From positions 1-52,602 of IMG/VR virus record IMGVR_UViG_3300032246_000731: a DNA stretch of 52,602 bases, one strand, 5' to 3'. This DNA comes from a virus. Lineage: Duplodnaviria > Caudoviricetes. The translations under genes and the position numbers were made by a program. This document shows positions 18,691-28,120 of the stretch, piece by piece (positions within the stretch are counted from its first letter, which is position 1; each line of letters opens with the position of its first letter). Under the pieces are notes generated by a model that saw only the letters and a list, made by a program, of their open reading frames with translations, was not told the origin of the DNA and made no database searches.

Positions 18691-18728
18691 AAAAAAATAC
18701 CCTAACTGAGGCAGTTAGAGTATTTATC
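18691..18728 (-). terminator. Intrinsic terminator overlapping a late-promoter-like GATAAATA
   Basis: ATACTCTAACTG-CCT-CAGTTAGGGTAT stem followed by a T run; GATAAATA at 18721-18728. Confidence 0.6.
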
Positions 18729-18746
18729 GTAACACGTAGATAGCAA

Positions 18747-19382
18747 TTAGTCTTTCAATTGCTTGATAATGCGTTCGACCTTGCTTAGAGTGCTTCCTAA
18801 GTGCATTTTTACCATGAGTAAATTGTTTTCTCCGGTAACATAGAAGTGTGTGCCTCCCCAACTGCGTGACCTAGCTAAATCTCGCTTGCAACTCTTGGTT
18901 AGCTTGATCTTAGCATTTGTCTCTGCCCAGTCGATAAATGTGCTATATTCCTGCTTAGTTGCGCCCATCGTAACCCTAAACTCGTAATCCATCTTAGTCA
19001 TTACCACAGTATCTCTGGTTAAGACATTTCCATCAGCAGGTTTACTAATATATTTGATGTTATCTCCATATTTTTTAGTTAGTAAATTAACATCTTTTAA
19101 GTTGTTTGTATAGATGTTAACAGCTGGGTTTTCAATACGTAGATCAAAATTCTGTAATTTTTTTAAGTCTGTGCATAATGCTTTGGAGTATTCTAAATCT
19201 TCCGCAGTTTTGATTCTATTAGCCCAATGACTATGATGTTTAGGAAAATGATCAAGTTTATCTAGCTCTTTTAACGCATTATCAAAATCACCGCCTCGAA
19301 ACAATGTTGCACCTGGACATATCAATACAACTTTGTACTGGTATGTTCCTAAGAATAGACTACGTGTTTCTTTATACTTCAT
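18747..19382 (-). CDS. Hypothetical phage protein coupled to clpA
   Basis: 211-aa ORF overlapping the clpA stop. Confidence 0.7.
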   Translation of the reverse strand: MKYKETRSLFLGTYQYKVVLICPGATLFRGGDFDNALKELDKLDHFPKHHSHWANRIKTAEDLEYSKALCTDLKKLQNFDLRIENPAVNIYTNNLKDVNLLTKKYGDNIKYISKPADGNVLTRDTVVMTKMDYEFRVTMGATKQEYSTFIDWAETNAKIKLTKSCKRDLARSRSWGGTHFYVTGENNLLMVKMHLGSTLSKVERIIKQLKD

Positions 19383-21657
19383 CTTGCGTTATAGTAACTG
19401 TTTCAGCTTCAGTTACGACTAATGGTAGTTTAGGTGTTTTAACTTTTGCTGTTAAGAGAATCTTATTCTCTTCAATGCTAATTGTACACCATCCACCGTT
19501 CTTCAATTCGCCAAACAGCATCATCTTAGCAAGGTCACGTTTAATTTCCTTGTCAATGGTACGTTGCAACGGACGAGCACCCATCTTAGCATCAAAGCCT
19601 TTTTCAATTAACCAATCAATTGCTTCATTAGTAACTTTAATACGGATACCTTTTTCTTTAACTTGTTCACGCATCTCATCGATAAACTTGTTAACGATCT
19701 TAACCATAACTGGCTTGCCAAGTTTCTTAAACGTAACAATACCGTCTAAACGATTACGAAACTCGGGTGTTAAGAATTTCTTCAAGTCTGCATCGCTGTA
19801 GTCTTTTTCTTGTGCGCCAAAGCCAATAGCATTCTTTTCAGCAGATTGTGCGCCGGCATTGGTAGTAAGAATAAGAATAAGTTGACGACAATCAGCTTGT
19901 TTACCATTTGAGCCGGTAATAAAACCATTATCCATCATCTGTAACAATACTGTGCTAACGTCTGGATGGCTCTTTTCAACTTCGTCAAACAACAATACTG
20001 CATTTGGGTTTTCTTGAATCTGTGTAATTAACAAGCCGGCATTCTCTTCGAAGCCAACATAACCCGGCGGGCTACCGATTAGTTTACTAATACTGTGCTT
20101 TTCCTGATACTCTGACATGTCAAAGCGCAATAGTTTAGTGCCAAGATGTTTAGCAAGTGCTTTAGCTGTTTCAGTTTTACCAGTACCAGTTGGACCCATG
20201 AATACAAAACTACCAATTGGTTTGTTTTCTGATTTAAGACCAGCTTGTGCTACAATAATCTTATCTACAACTTCTTGTAATGCGGTGTCTTGTCCATATA
20301 CTTCTTTTTCAAGATGTCCCTGCAAATTAACAAGTCCTTCGCTTTCTTGTTCAGCAACAACTTCTTCTGGAATCTTAACCATCTTAGCAAGTTCAAATCG
20401 GATTGCTTCGGCATTAACGATACGCTCACTATCAGGCATTTTTAAATTAAAACGTGAACAAGCAACATCGATTAAGTCAATTGCTTTATCAGGCAATTTT
20501 TTATCTGCTTGATATTTTACACTTAATTTAATAGACTCTTGTAGAGCATCGTCTTTAATTTTAACTTTATGATGTTCTTCGTAGTATTTCTTAATACCTT
20601 TGAGAATCTGCATAGTAACTTCTTGAGTAGGCTCGTCAACAGTAATGCGTTGGAAACGACGCATAAGCGCACGATCTTTTTCAAAGTGCTTGCGATATTC
20701 TTCCCATGTAGTGCTAGCCACAACTTTGATAGTACCTTTGCTCAACGCTGGCTTCATCATATTCGATAAGTCGTTGGCACTATTGCTTGCCGAACCCGCT
20801 CCACTAATCATGTGTGCTTCGTCGATAAACAAAATAGTTTTACCTTTCTTGGCTAGTCCTTTGAGTACTAGTTTAAAACGTTCTTCAAAATCTCCGCGAT
20901 ACTTACTGCCAGCTAACATTGCACTAATATCTAGATTATAAACACTATACTCTTTAAGGAACTCTGGAACTGCACCTTTAACAATGTTGTAAGCTAGTCC
21001 TTCTGCTATCGCAGTCTTACCTACACCGGGATCGCCTACAAGGATTACGTTGTTTTTACTTCTACGTCCCATAGCAAGCGCAACGTTTTCTAGTTCTTCC
21101 ACACGGCCAATTACAGGGTCGATTTTATTTTTCTTAACTTGTTCGTTCAAGTTAGTTGTAAAGGCTTTAAGTGCCTTATTGCCTTGAACATCGCTAACTT
21201 CCATCTCTTCTTCTTCGCCGCCTTCTAAGTTATTATTAATATAGTCAGCAAATTTTTCTTTTTCAATTTCTGCTTGTTGAATGTAAAAGTGTGCCCACGA
21301 GCGTTTTTCGCTCATCATGGCAAGAAATACATCTGTACTTTCAATACGTTGACGTCCATTAAACAAGACTTGTGTAAATGCCTTGTTAAGAACACGTTCG
21401 ACTACTTGTGTTTTCTTTGGCTTGGCTACAGGGACAGCCGCAGTAATTTCTTCACATTTATTTTTTAGATAATGCTCGAGATTCTTTTTGATATATTCTG
21501 GATCACTGCCGTAGCCTTGGATAGCATTTGCAAAAGATTCTTCGCAAAGCATGGCAAACAAAAGATGTTCTATTGTTAGATATTCGTGATTAAGATTTTT
21601 AGCAGTTTCGATTGCTTTTTCAAATACTGCTTGTAAATTGTCGCTTGGTTCAACCAT
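19372..21657 (-). CDS. clpA: ATP-dependent Clp protease ATP-binding subunit (ClpA-like)
   Basis: N-domain HEYLTIEHLL; Walker A GDPGVGKT and GPTGTGKT; Walker B FIDEAH and FDEVEK; IGF loop; GARPL; no ClpB middle domain. Confidence 0.92.
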   Translation of the reverse strand: MVEPSDNLQAVFEKAIETAKNLNHEYLTIEHLLFAMLCEESFANAIQGYGSDPEYIKKNLEHYLKNKCEEITAAVPVAKPKKTQVVERVLNKAFTQVLFNGRQRIESTDVFLAMMSEKRSWAHFYIQQAEIEKEKFADYINNNLEGGEEEEMEVSDVQGNKALKAFTTNLNEQVKKNKIDPVIGRVEELENVALAMGRRSKNNVILVGDPGVGKTAIAEGLAYNIVKGAVPEFLKEYSVYNLDISAMLAGSKYRGDFEERFKLVLKGLAKKGKTILFIDEAHMISGAGSASNSANDLSNMMKPALSKGTIKVVASTTWEEYRKHFEKDRALMRRFQRITVDEPTQEVTMQILKGIKKYYEEHHKVKIKDDALQESIKLSVKYQADKKLPDKAIDLIDVACSRFNLKMPDSERIVNAEAIRFELAKMVKIPEEVVAEQESEGLVNLQGHLEKEVYGQDTALQEVVDKIIVAQAGLKSENKPIGSFVFMGPTGTGKTETAKALAKHLGTKLLRFDMSEYQEKHSISKLIGSPPGYVGFEENAGLLITQIQENPNAVLLFDEVEKSHPDVSTVLLQMMDNGFITGSNGKQADCRQLILILTTNAGAQSAEKNAIGFGAQEKDYSDADLKKFLTPEFRNRLDGIVTFKKLGKPVMVKIVNKFIDEMREQVKEKGIRIKVTNEAIDWLIEKGFDAKMGARPLQRTIDKEIKRDLAKMMLFGELKNGGWCTISIEENKILLTAKVKTPKLPLVVTEAETVTITQDEV

Positions 21658-22138
21658 TTAATTTCCTTTGTTTTTTCCGTGCCATTTTTAATTTTAAATC
21701 ACTCACATATTCTGTAAATGTAATACCGTCTAAATGATCCAGTTCATGTTGAAAACATCTAGCATCAAGGCCTTCAAGTTCTATTATACATTGTTTGCCT
21801 GCGTTGTCAAGATAAGCGGCAGTAATTTTATTATCTCGTTTAACTTTGAGCCACAAGTTTGGAAAACTTAAACAACCTTCTTCGCCTTCTATCTTATCGT
21901 TATCGCCAAACATAATCCACGGATTAAAGCAACCTAGTTCGCGACCGTCTGTTAGTTTCATAACAAACACTCTACGTAACAATCCAACTTGATTACCGGC
22001 CAAGCCAATAGCATTGCTAGCTTGCATTAGTTCTAACATTTCTCTTTCTATAACAGCCGCATTAACATGGTTTTTAAAGTCCCAGTTTTCTGCTGGTTGC
22101 TTTAAGATTGGATCATCCTCTTTGTGCAATTTCAACAT
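21650..22138 (-). CDS. def: Peptide deformylase
   Basis: GLAGNQVG, EGCLS, QHELDHLDG motifs. Confidence 0.95.
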   Translation of the reverse strand: MLKLHKEDDPILKQPAENWDFKNHVNAAVIEREMLELMQASNAIGLAGNQVGLLRRVFVMKLTDGRELGCFNPWIMFGDNDKIEGEEGCLSFPNLWLKVKRDNKITAAYLDNAGKQCIIELEGLDARCFQHELDHLDGITFTEYVSDLKLKMARKKQRKLNG

Positions 22139-22982
22139 CTAGTTGCCTTAATTTTTCTACTAACATAGGATCTGTAATTGATTTAGATTTAATTTTAACT
22201 ACAGTAACAAATCTTCCTCTGTTTCTGGTATTAACATTTAAAAATCCTTGACCACCGCTAGCAAATTCTGTGCCAGTTTCGACCCCTGGCCTAATTTCCA
22301 AATCTAGTCGACTACCATTAATTTTGGTAATTGTTTTTCTGCATCCAATCATAGACTCAATTGGGCTTATTTCTACATTAGTATACAAATCATCGCCCCT
22401 GCGTTCAAAATTTGGATCGCCTAATACTATAACAGTTACATTGAGATCTCCGCGTTGAACTCCTGGAACGCTATCATCGCCTAGCCCTTGATAACGTATA
22501 GTTTCTCCGTGCCCAATACCTGCTGGTATATTAATAACTACTGTTTGCATTTTACCACTTGGTATTTGATACTGTGCTTCTAACTGTTTGCCTTGGTAGC
22601 TGTCTAACAATGTAATTTGACATTGAATGTTTAAATCTCTGTTACGGCGTTGTTGCGGATGCATACGTCCAAATATGTCGCCGAATGGATGACCTGGCCC
22701 AAAATTAAAATGTCCGTGTTGTTGTCCGAATACATCTCCAAAGTCAAAACCGCCGGTAGTAAATCTTACTTGCGGCCCGCCGCCGTATCTTCGTTGATTG
22801 TCGTATTCGGCACGTTTTTGCGGATCGCTTAGTATATCGTTAGCAACACTAATATCTTTAAACATGGCTTGATCACCGCCTTTATCTGGGTGGTGTTTAT
22901 TAGCCAAAGATCGATATGCTTTCTTTATTTCGTCCGGGCTGGCATTTTCGTTAACGCCCAGGGTTTGGTAATAATCAGTCAT
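22113..22982 (-). CDS. dnaJ: DnaJ-class co-chaperone (type II/CbpA-like)
   Basis: J-domain DYYQTLGV...HHPDKGG, G/F-rich linker, C-terminal GDL repeats; no Zn finger. Confidence 0.9.
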   Translation of the reverse strand: MTDYYQTLGVNENASPDEIKKAYRSLANKHHPDKGGDQAMFKDISVANDILSDPQKRAEYDNQRRYGGGPQVRFTTGGFDFGDVFGQQHGHFNFGPGHPFGDIFGRMHPQQRRNRDLNIQCQITLLDSYQGKQLEAQYQIPSGKMQTVVINIPAGIGHGETIRYQGLGDDSVPGVQRGDLNVTVIVLGDPNFERRGDDLYTNVEISPIESMIGCRKTITKINGSRLDLEIRPGVETGTEFASGGQGFLNVNTRNRGRFVTVVKIKSKSITDPMLVEKLRQLDVEIAQRG

Positions 22983-22988
22983 AGTCGT

Positions 22989-23034
22989 AAAAAAGCTCCA
23001 GTTATAGTATTAATTATACTATTTTAACTGGAGC
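22989..23034 (-). terminator. Intrinsic terminator-like hairpin
   Basis: GCTCCAGTTA...TAACTGGAGC inverted repeat followed by T6 on the minus strand. Confidence 0.6.
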
Positions 23035-23041
23035 CTGTCAA
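23013..23041 (-). promoter_or_regulatory. Consensus sigma70 promoter for dnaJ-def-clpA
   Basis: TTGACA-17 bp-TATAAT. Confidence 0.85.
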
Positions 23042-23049
23042 GTTTTTGA

Positions 23050-23244
23050 TTACTTTTTCTTACCGTCCGGTACTTTGTCGCCTTCTACTTTCTTGTGAAC
23101 TTTGATAGTTTTGCAAACTTGTTTTTCTTTGCCTGTCTTTTTATCTTTTTGAGTTTCGCAAACTTCTTTCTTTTCACCGCCTGCAAATGCTGGTGAAGTA
23201 CCGACTAATGCTAAACTGGCTACTAATGCTAATAATAATTTCAT
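23050..23244 (-). CDS. Small secreted basic protein
   Basis: Signal peptide ending AFA; Lys-rich mature part with two Cys. Confidence 0.7.
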   Translation of the reverse strand: MKLLLALVASLALVGTSPAFAGGEKKEVCETQKDKKTGKEKQVCKTIKVHKKVEGDKVPDGKKK

Positions 23245-23256
23245 AATATTTTTCCT

Positions 23257-23790
23257 TTAAATTGCTGGCTGATCATCTTGCGGGACAATCTTTTTGCCGC
23301 TAGCTGTTGTTGCTATTGGGGTTGATCCCCAACTTGCTGGTGGTGTAAAACTTGTACTTGGCGCTGGCGCTGTAGGTGTGCTTCCAAACCCGCCTCCGCC
23401 AAAGCTACTTGTTGGTGCTGGTGCTGGAGAACTGAAGCCCCCTGTCGGTGCACCAAATCCTGTCGCAGGTGCGCTAGGTGCTGTAAACCCGCTTGATGGT
23501 AATTGTGCTCCGCCATTGTTTGCTCCATTTAGTTTTTCTTGTGTACGACCAAATGCCGCAATACCAAGAACTGCACCCATAGCAATGTGGAATAATCCAG
23601 CACCTTGTAGGGTCAATGGATTCCACTGTGTTATTTGGGTATGGGTAAATGTCTGTAATAGACTCCATAAGATCGGAAATACAACCATGTCCATCATACA
23701 GACTAACATGTACATCCAACCCATCATTGGACGCCATTTGCTGTTCATCCAATCTTCTTTCTTTTGTTCGCTCGTTACTTCATTTGCCAT
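23257..23790 (-). CDS. Probable holin (3TM/GTA-holin-like) with low-complexity C-terminal tail
   Basis: WRPMMGWMY hydrophobic helix, LGIAAFGRTQEK motif, located in the lysis cassette. Confidence 0.6.
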   Translation of the reverse strand: MANEVTSEQKKEDWMNSKWRPMMGWMYMLVCMMDMVVFPILWSLLQTFTHTQITQWNPLTLQGAGLFHIAMGAVLGIAAFGRTQEKLNGANNGGAQLPSSGFTAPSAPATGFGAPTGGFSSPAPAPTSSFGGGGFGSTPTAPAPSTSFTPPASWGSTPIATTASGKKIVPQDDQPAI

Positions 23791-23815
23791 GGTTCGCTCC
23801 TTGGGCTAATACTAC

Positions 23816-23822
23816 TATTTAT
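23816..23822 (-). promoter_or_regulatory. Late-promoter-like ATAAATA
   Basis: Intergenic TAAATA upstream of AAGGAG and the holin ATG. Confidence 0.45.
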
Positions 23823-24070
23823 TACACGTTGCTTGCTATTGTTACCAGAGCATTCATAGCAGTATTAATTGCTTCTTTTATCTCTAGATTATGTGCTTCT
23901 GTTCTAACATTAACTTCATGTGAAAAATCTTCAAACATTTCATTGAATTCACTCTGGCTAATATCACCATTGGTCAATGCAGTTTTTAAAGAGTTCGCTC
24001 GTACAGCTATGTCTTTTAAAGTCGGATCGCCTGTATTAAACAAGGCTTCTAGTTGTTGTTCGATTGTCAT
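23822..24070 (-). CDS. Hypothetical protein
   Basis: 82-aa ORF with ATGA overlap. Confidence 0.65.
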   Translation of the reverse strand: MTIEQQLEALFNTGDPTLKDIAVRANSLKTALTNGDISQSEFNEMFEDFSHEVNVRTEAHNLEIKEAINTAMNALVTIASNV

Positions 24071-24468
24071 CTTGGTTTCTTTCCTATAACGTTTTGTATG
24101 GTAACAGCATTGCGCTCAATACTGCTAAATTTGGTAGTGCAATACATCATGCTGACTGGCTCAGTTCCATGATATCTATCACTTAACCCTTTGATTATTT
24201 CTGCTAACTCACTACCCATTTTAGTTGCTTCTTCATTATGTGGAATACTTTGGGTATAGTTTCTAAACTCAACAGCAGTACGCCATATGCTGTCTACTTC
24301 TGCAATCACTTCTGGTTTACCACATTTTGCCGCGCCTAAGTTTGCCTCTGTGCGAATACGATTAATTAATGCGTATTCGTTATTATCAAATCGTGCCATG
24401 AAATATGCATCATATAATGCACAACCAGAAAGGCTCCATACTGCTAAAATTACTAATAATTTTTTCAT
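24067..24468 (-). CDS. Lipoprotein of unknown function
   Basis: Lipobox LSGC after a hydrophobic signal. Confidence 0.7.
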   Translation of the reverse strand: MKKLLVILAVWSLSGCALYDAYFMARFDNNEYALINRIRTEANLGAAKCGKPEVIAEVDSIWRTAVEFRNYTQSIPHNEEATKMGSELAEIIKGLSDRYHGTEPVSMMYCTTKFSSIERNAVTIQNVIGKKPR

Positions 24469-24731
24469 TTGATGCCCTCAAATATTTTCTTTTGACTGTT
24501 ATACCATTGTGTCCACGCATCTATCTTAATTTTACATTCTTGATATTGACCATAGTTTTCACTAACGCTACTGACAACTTCGCTTAGTTTAGTAGTGCCT
24601 TCGGGAATAGTTTTTAAATCAGGACAGGCTGTTTTTAATTCTTCAGGAACTTGTGGAAAACTCATAGTAACTGGAACAGTACTAGCACAGCCGGTTAAAC
24701 ACAACATTAGTGCAATAATAATATATTTCAT
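24465..24731 (-). CDS. Probable outer-membrane spanin (Rz1-like lipoprotein)
   Basis: Lipobox LTGC, Pro-rich FPQVPEELKTACPDL, NYGQYQEC; follows the i-spanin. Confidence 0.75.
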   Translation of the reverse strand: MKYIIIALMLCLTGCASTVPVTMSFPQVPEELKTACPDLKTIPEGTTKLSEVVSSVSENYGQYQECKIKIDAWTQWYNSQKKIFEGIK

Positions 24732-25180
24732 TTCTTACCTCCTGCGGCTTGATTTAAAATACTAATAGCTTCTGCATCAACTTTACACTCTGCGTCCATT
24801 TTAGCGGCTTCTTTAACAATACGTTCTTGCACAACTACTTGTACTTCTTTGACAGTTTTTACTTTGTCTCTATATTCCGTTTGTATAACCGTATTAGTTT
24901 CTTTAGATTTAGTCTCAGCGGCCGCAACTTTTGCTTCGGCCTCGGCAACTTTTGCCCGCCATGCTAGTTCAGTATCATATCCGCCTCGCAACCATACACC
25001 TAATACAAGTAGCACAATACCAATGGGCTTTAAGTATTCAACATATCTTCCGTACACAGGTATAAACTTGCCAAACCATCCAGCAAAAACGCCAGTAAGA
25101 CCTACTGCTATAATGCCCCAGTATACCCAGTTCAATATTGCATCAGGAATAATGCTAAACATCCAAGTAAATTGCCCCAT
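24728..25180 (-). CDS. Probable inner-membrane spanin (Rz-like)
   Basis: N-terminal TM helices, Ala-rich coiled coil, C-terminal Cys; directly after the endolysin. Confidence 0.7.
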   Translation of the reverse strand: MGQFTWMFSIIPDAILNWVYWGIIAVGLTGVFAGWFGKFIPVYGRYVEYLKPIGIVLLVLGVWLRGGYDTELAWRAKVAEAEAKVAAAETKSKETNTVIQTEYRDKVKTVKEVQVVVQERIVKEAAKMDAECKVDAEAISILNQAAGGKK

Positions 25181-25183
25181 GGC

Positions 25184-25813
25184 TTATCCTTGCAGTACGT
25201 GTATTGCGTGTGCGTAATGCTTTTGACGATCTTCCAAACCCAATGTTCCGCCGTTAATACGTTTGGTCATTGTTAAGATGTCACCTGAATCTGCATATTG
25301 ATTCAAATTATTTGCTTCCCAGAACCAAGCCGCACTTTGTACACAACCTTCGAAAGTTGTTAAGTGTTCGCTTGCTTCGTCTAGTGTCTGCTCCGTACTA
25401 GCCGCATAACGACTGTAATTGTCCTTGCCAGTTAACTGGATAAGTCCTCTTCCACAAAACTTCCAACCATCGCCTGACTCTTCTGGGCCATTACCCATAC
25501 GGTTAGCGTAAGCTCTGTTGGCAATTTTTTCTGGTTGTTGAGCATACTGACGAGCTACGTCAATGCTAGGAAAGTAACGTGGCCAAACTTTACAAAGACT
25601 TTCTGCTTTGTAGTTTAAGTTTTCTTTAATAGCACGGAAACCGCCACTTTCGTGTGCGCATTGTGCTAGAAATGCAGATACCCGTTGTACTGTATTAATA
25701 TCATAGTCTGGAAGAATTTCACAAAGTGATTCGTACCAATGATCCAAGTTAGGATTTCCTGGAATGATTTGTGCTAATTTTTCCTTAGTAAAGTTAAATT
25801 CAAAATCCGCCAT
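25184..25813 (-). CDS. Glycoside hydrolase family 19 endolysin
   Basis: FLAQCAHESGGF, ENLNY, GRGLIQLTGKDNY, SAAWFW, TKRINGG. Confidence 0.93.
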   Translation of the reverse strand: MADFEFNFTKEKLAQIIPGNPNLDHWYESLCEILPDYDINTVQRVSAFLAQCAHESGGFRAIKENLNYKAESLCKVWPRYFPSIDVARQYAQQPEKIANRAYANRMGNGPEESGDGWKFCGRGLIQLTGKDNYSRYAASTEQTLDEASEHLTTFEGCVQSAAWFWEANNLNQYADSGDILTMTKRINGGTLGLEDRQKHYAHAIHVLQG

Positions 25814-26543
25814 GCGCTTTCTCCAATATTAAAGCATAATTTTCTTTTTCTAATATAAACTTAGAACCTATTTTGTTTATATTATAGTTGCCAATGTATT
25901 TTGTTAGATAGATAGTTTCAGCCATGCCGTTACCTTCTAACATAATAGGGCCTTTGGTCTGTGTATGCATATCGTGTTTAGATCCAAAATCTACAATTTT
26001 AAATGCGATAGGATCTTTATGTATACGTTTAAATTGCAACGTTTCGCCTAGTAACTTGATATCGTCTACAAAACTATTGCTAAAAAATTCGCTGAAATTA
26101 TCAAGCCCTTGACTTTCAATTTTTAATTTGTATGAATCTGGATCCTGGGGAACTTTAGCTTCTAAGTTTTCCTTAGTAGCCGCCAAGCTCTTAAATTCTT
26201 TATGCCATCTGAATCTAAATTTATCGATACCGGTTAGCTTAGTTAACCCGTCTAACATTTCGATTATCTGATCTGTTATATGTTTGTTACGTTCTATTTC
26301 AACAAATACACGATATTTTCCATCGTCTAACTCACCGGTTGTAGTTTCAGCGTCCATAATAAATTCGTAACCCATCTCTAAGAAATTTTCTAAATCTTCT
26401 GCAGGGTCTTTCGAATCCACAACAAATGTTAAAACAACAATGTCTTGATCATTGCCAATTTTACTTTTATAGTTGTCAATCTCAAAAACATTTTTAACTA
26501 AGTTTCTGAGATCTTTTTCTCTAAGTGCTTCGTTTATATTCAT
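25800..26543 (-). CDS. Hypothetical phage protein
   Basis: 247-aa ORF, MNINEALRE leader. Confidence 0.7.
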   Translation of the reverse strand: MNINEALREKDLRNLVKNVFEIDNYKSKIGNDQDIVVLTFVVDSKDPAEDLENFLEMGYEFIMDAETTTGELDDGKYRVFVEIERNKHITDQIIEMLDGLTKLTGIDKFRFRWHKEFKSLAATKENLEAKVPQDPDSYKLKIESQGLDNFSEFFSNSFVDDIKLLGETLQFKRIHKDPIAFKIVDFGSKHDMHTQTKGPIMLEGNGMAETIYLTKYIGNYNINKIGSKFILEKENYALILEKAHGGF

Positions 26544-26545
26544 GA

Positions 26546-27157
26546 TTATGCTGGTGCGCTTAATGGTGATGGTGAGCCCATTCCGCCGGGTGCAGGTGCT
26601 CCTGGTGCTCCTGGTGTAGCTTGTGCGCCAGGAATTGGAGGAGGAGCACTCATAGGATTCAATTGTGCGGCCGCATTAGTATCCAACGGTGTAGGCGGTT
26701 GGCTCTTGACACCGTCATCGCCCAATTCTTCACGCATCTTGTTCATGTAACCTTTATAGATATCAAATACTAATTTTTTAGGCATCGTGACTTCTACCAC
26801 CCAGATTGGCTTGCGATCCATTTTTCCTTTCTTTGTGCCGGGACGAATGTCGTCAGGCTTGCGTATTTGTCTTGCTTCCATCAAGTGTGTTTTTTGATAG
26901 CTGATCTTGCAACCAATTTCTGTTAATCTTTTGGCCGCCATTGGATCCGGCATCTTATCACGAGGCCACATAAACCCAGCTGTAATCCAGTGACGCTCTA
27001 CTTTAGGACCATAGGCTAATTCACCGTCGATCCAGTTTTTATATACGTACATATCCATTTCGTCAAACACACGTTCTACGTCTTTTAACGCGGCTAGACT
27101 GCTGTTATTTTCGTATAAAGTTTGAATGTTTTGAATAACATCTATAATATCGTGCAT
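26546..27157 (-). CDS. Hypothetical phage protein with Pro/Ala-rich tail
   Basis: 203-aa ORF; CTAAATA motif upstream at 27184-27190. Confidence 0.7.
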   Translation of the reverse strand: MHDIIDVIQNIQTLYENNSSLAALKDVERVFDEMDMYVYKNWIDGELAYGPKVERHWITAGFMWPRDKMPDPMAAKRLTEIGCKISYQKTHLMEARQIRKPDDIRPGTKKGKMDRKPIWVVEVTMPKKLVFDIYKGYMNKMREELGDDGVKSQPPTPLDTNAAAQLNPMSAPPPIPGAQATPGAPGAPAPGGMGSPSPLSAPA

Positions 27158-27244
27158 ATCTGTTCCCTAGAAGCTTCTATACTTATTTAGCTGGTTCGAA
27201 ATCATAACGTATCACTTTATTATTCTGTGTATTCGTTAAATAAA

Positions 27245-27308
27245 ATGTAGGACGAACGGTAGTTATCGGGCGGTCACTACAGTCGTTCTACATCCCCAAT
27301 GTAGGAGA
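27245..27308 (+). promoter_or_regulatory. Structured phoH leader with alternative pairings
   Basis: ATGTAGGA occurs at 27245 and 27299; both can pair with TTCTACAT (27286-27293); the second copy overlaps the SD. Confidence 0.5.
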
Positions 27309-27317
27309 CATTAAACA

Positions 27318-28034
27318 ATGAGTAAGCATAGAGTGAAAAAACGTTTTACGTCAGAAGTTAACGTGTTAGATTTTCAACCATATCTTCCGCAGAAGAAACA
27401 GCGAGTAAGCCTTCATGCACGAAGCGCCAATCAAAAGCAATACCTGGAAATGTTACAAGACGAAGCCATAAGCATCGTCTTAGCAATCGGCCCTGCCGGT
27501 ACGGGTAAAACCATGTTGGCTGTGCAGAACGGTATAAAGCTGTATCAGGAAGGTCTCGTTGATAAAATCATTGTTACAAGACCCGCCGTCAGTGTGGACG
27601 AGGATCTAGGATTTTTACCAGGTACGCTGAATGAAAAGATGGCGCCTTGGACAAGACCTATTTTCGATGTGTTAGGAGAATATTATCAAACTAAAGACAT
27701 TGCCAAGATGTTAGAAGAAGGAGTGATAGAAATAAGTCCACTAGCTTATATGCGTGGGCGCACATTTAAGAACGCATACATTATTGCGGACGAATGCCAG
27801 AATACTACAGTCAACCAGATGAAGATGCTACTGACTAGACTTGGGGAGGGGTCTAAGATGGTGGTTACCGGTGACCTGGCGCAAGCGGACCGTATGAATG
27901 ATAATGGATTAGTTGATTTTTGTAATTTGCTAACAAACAAATCACTTAAACACATTGACATTATCGAATTTGATCACAAAGATATTGAACGTCACAATGC
28001 AGTTAAGGAGGTGTTATCGCTGTACGGTGATTAA
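27318..28034 (+). CDS. phoH: PhoH-like ATPase
   Basis: GPAGTGKT, TRPAV, LGFLPG, YMRGRTF, DECQN, TGDLAQAD. Confidence 0.95.
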   Translation: MSKHRVKKRFTSEVNVLDFQPYLPQKKQRVSLHARSANQKQYLEMLQDEAISIVLAIGPAGTGKTMLAVQNGIKLYQEGLVDKIIVTRPAVSVDEDLGFLPGTLNEKMAPWTRPIFDVLGEYYQTKDIAKMLEEGVIEISPLAYMRGRTFKNAYIIADECQNTTVNQMKMLLTRLGEGSKMVVTGDLAQADRMNDNGLVDFCNLLTNKSLKHIDIIEFDHKDIERHNAVKEVLSLYGD

Positions 28035-28048
28035 ACCAACGTCAAAAG

Positions 28049-28075
28049 AATAGGGGCGTTGTTGCCCCTATTTTT
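28049..28075. terminator. Bidirectional intrinsic terminator
   Basis: AATAGGGGC-GTTGTT-GCCCCTATT with T/A-rich flanks between convergent genes. Confidence 0.8.
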
Positions 28076-28120
28076 ATAAGCGTTCAGCAACATCCATGTA
28101 AGCACTTATGAATTTGTCTT

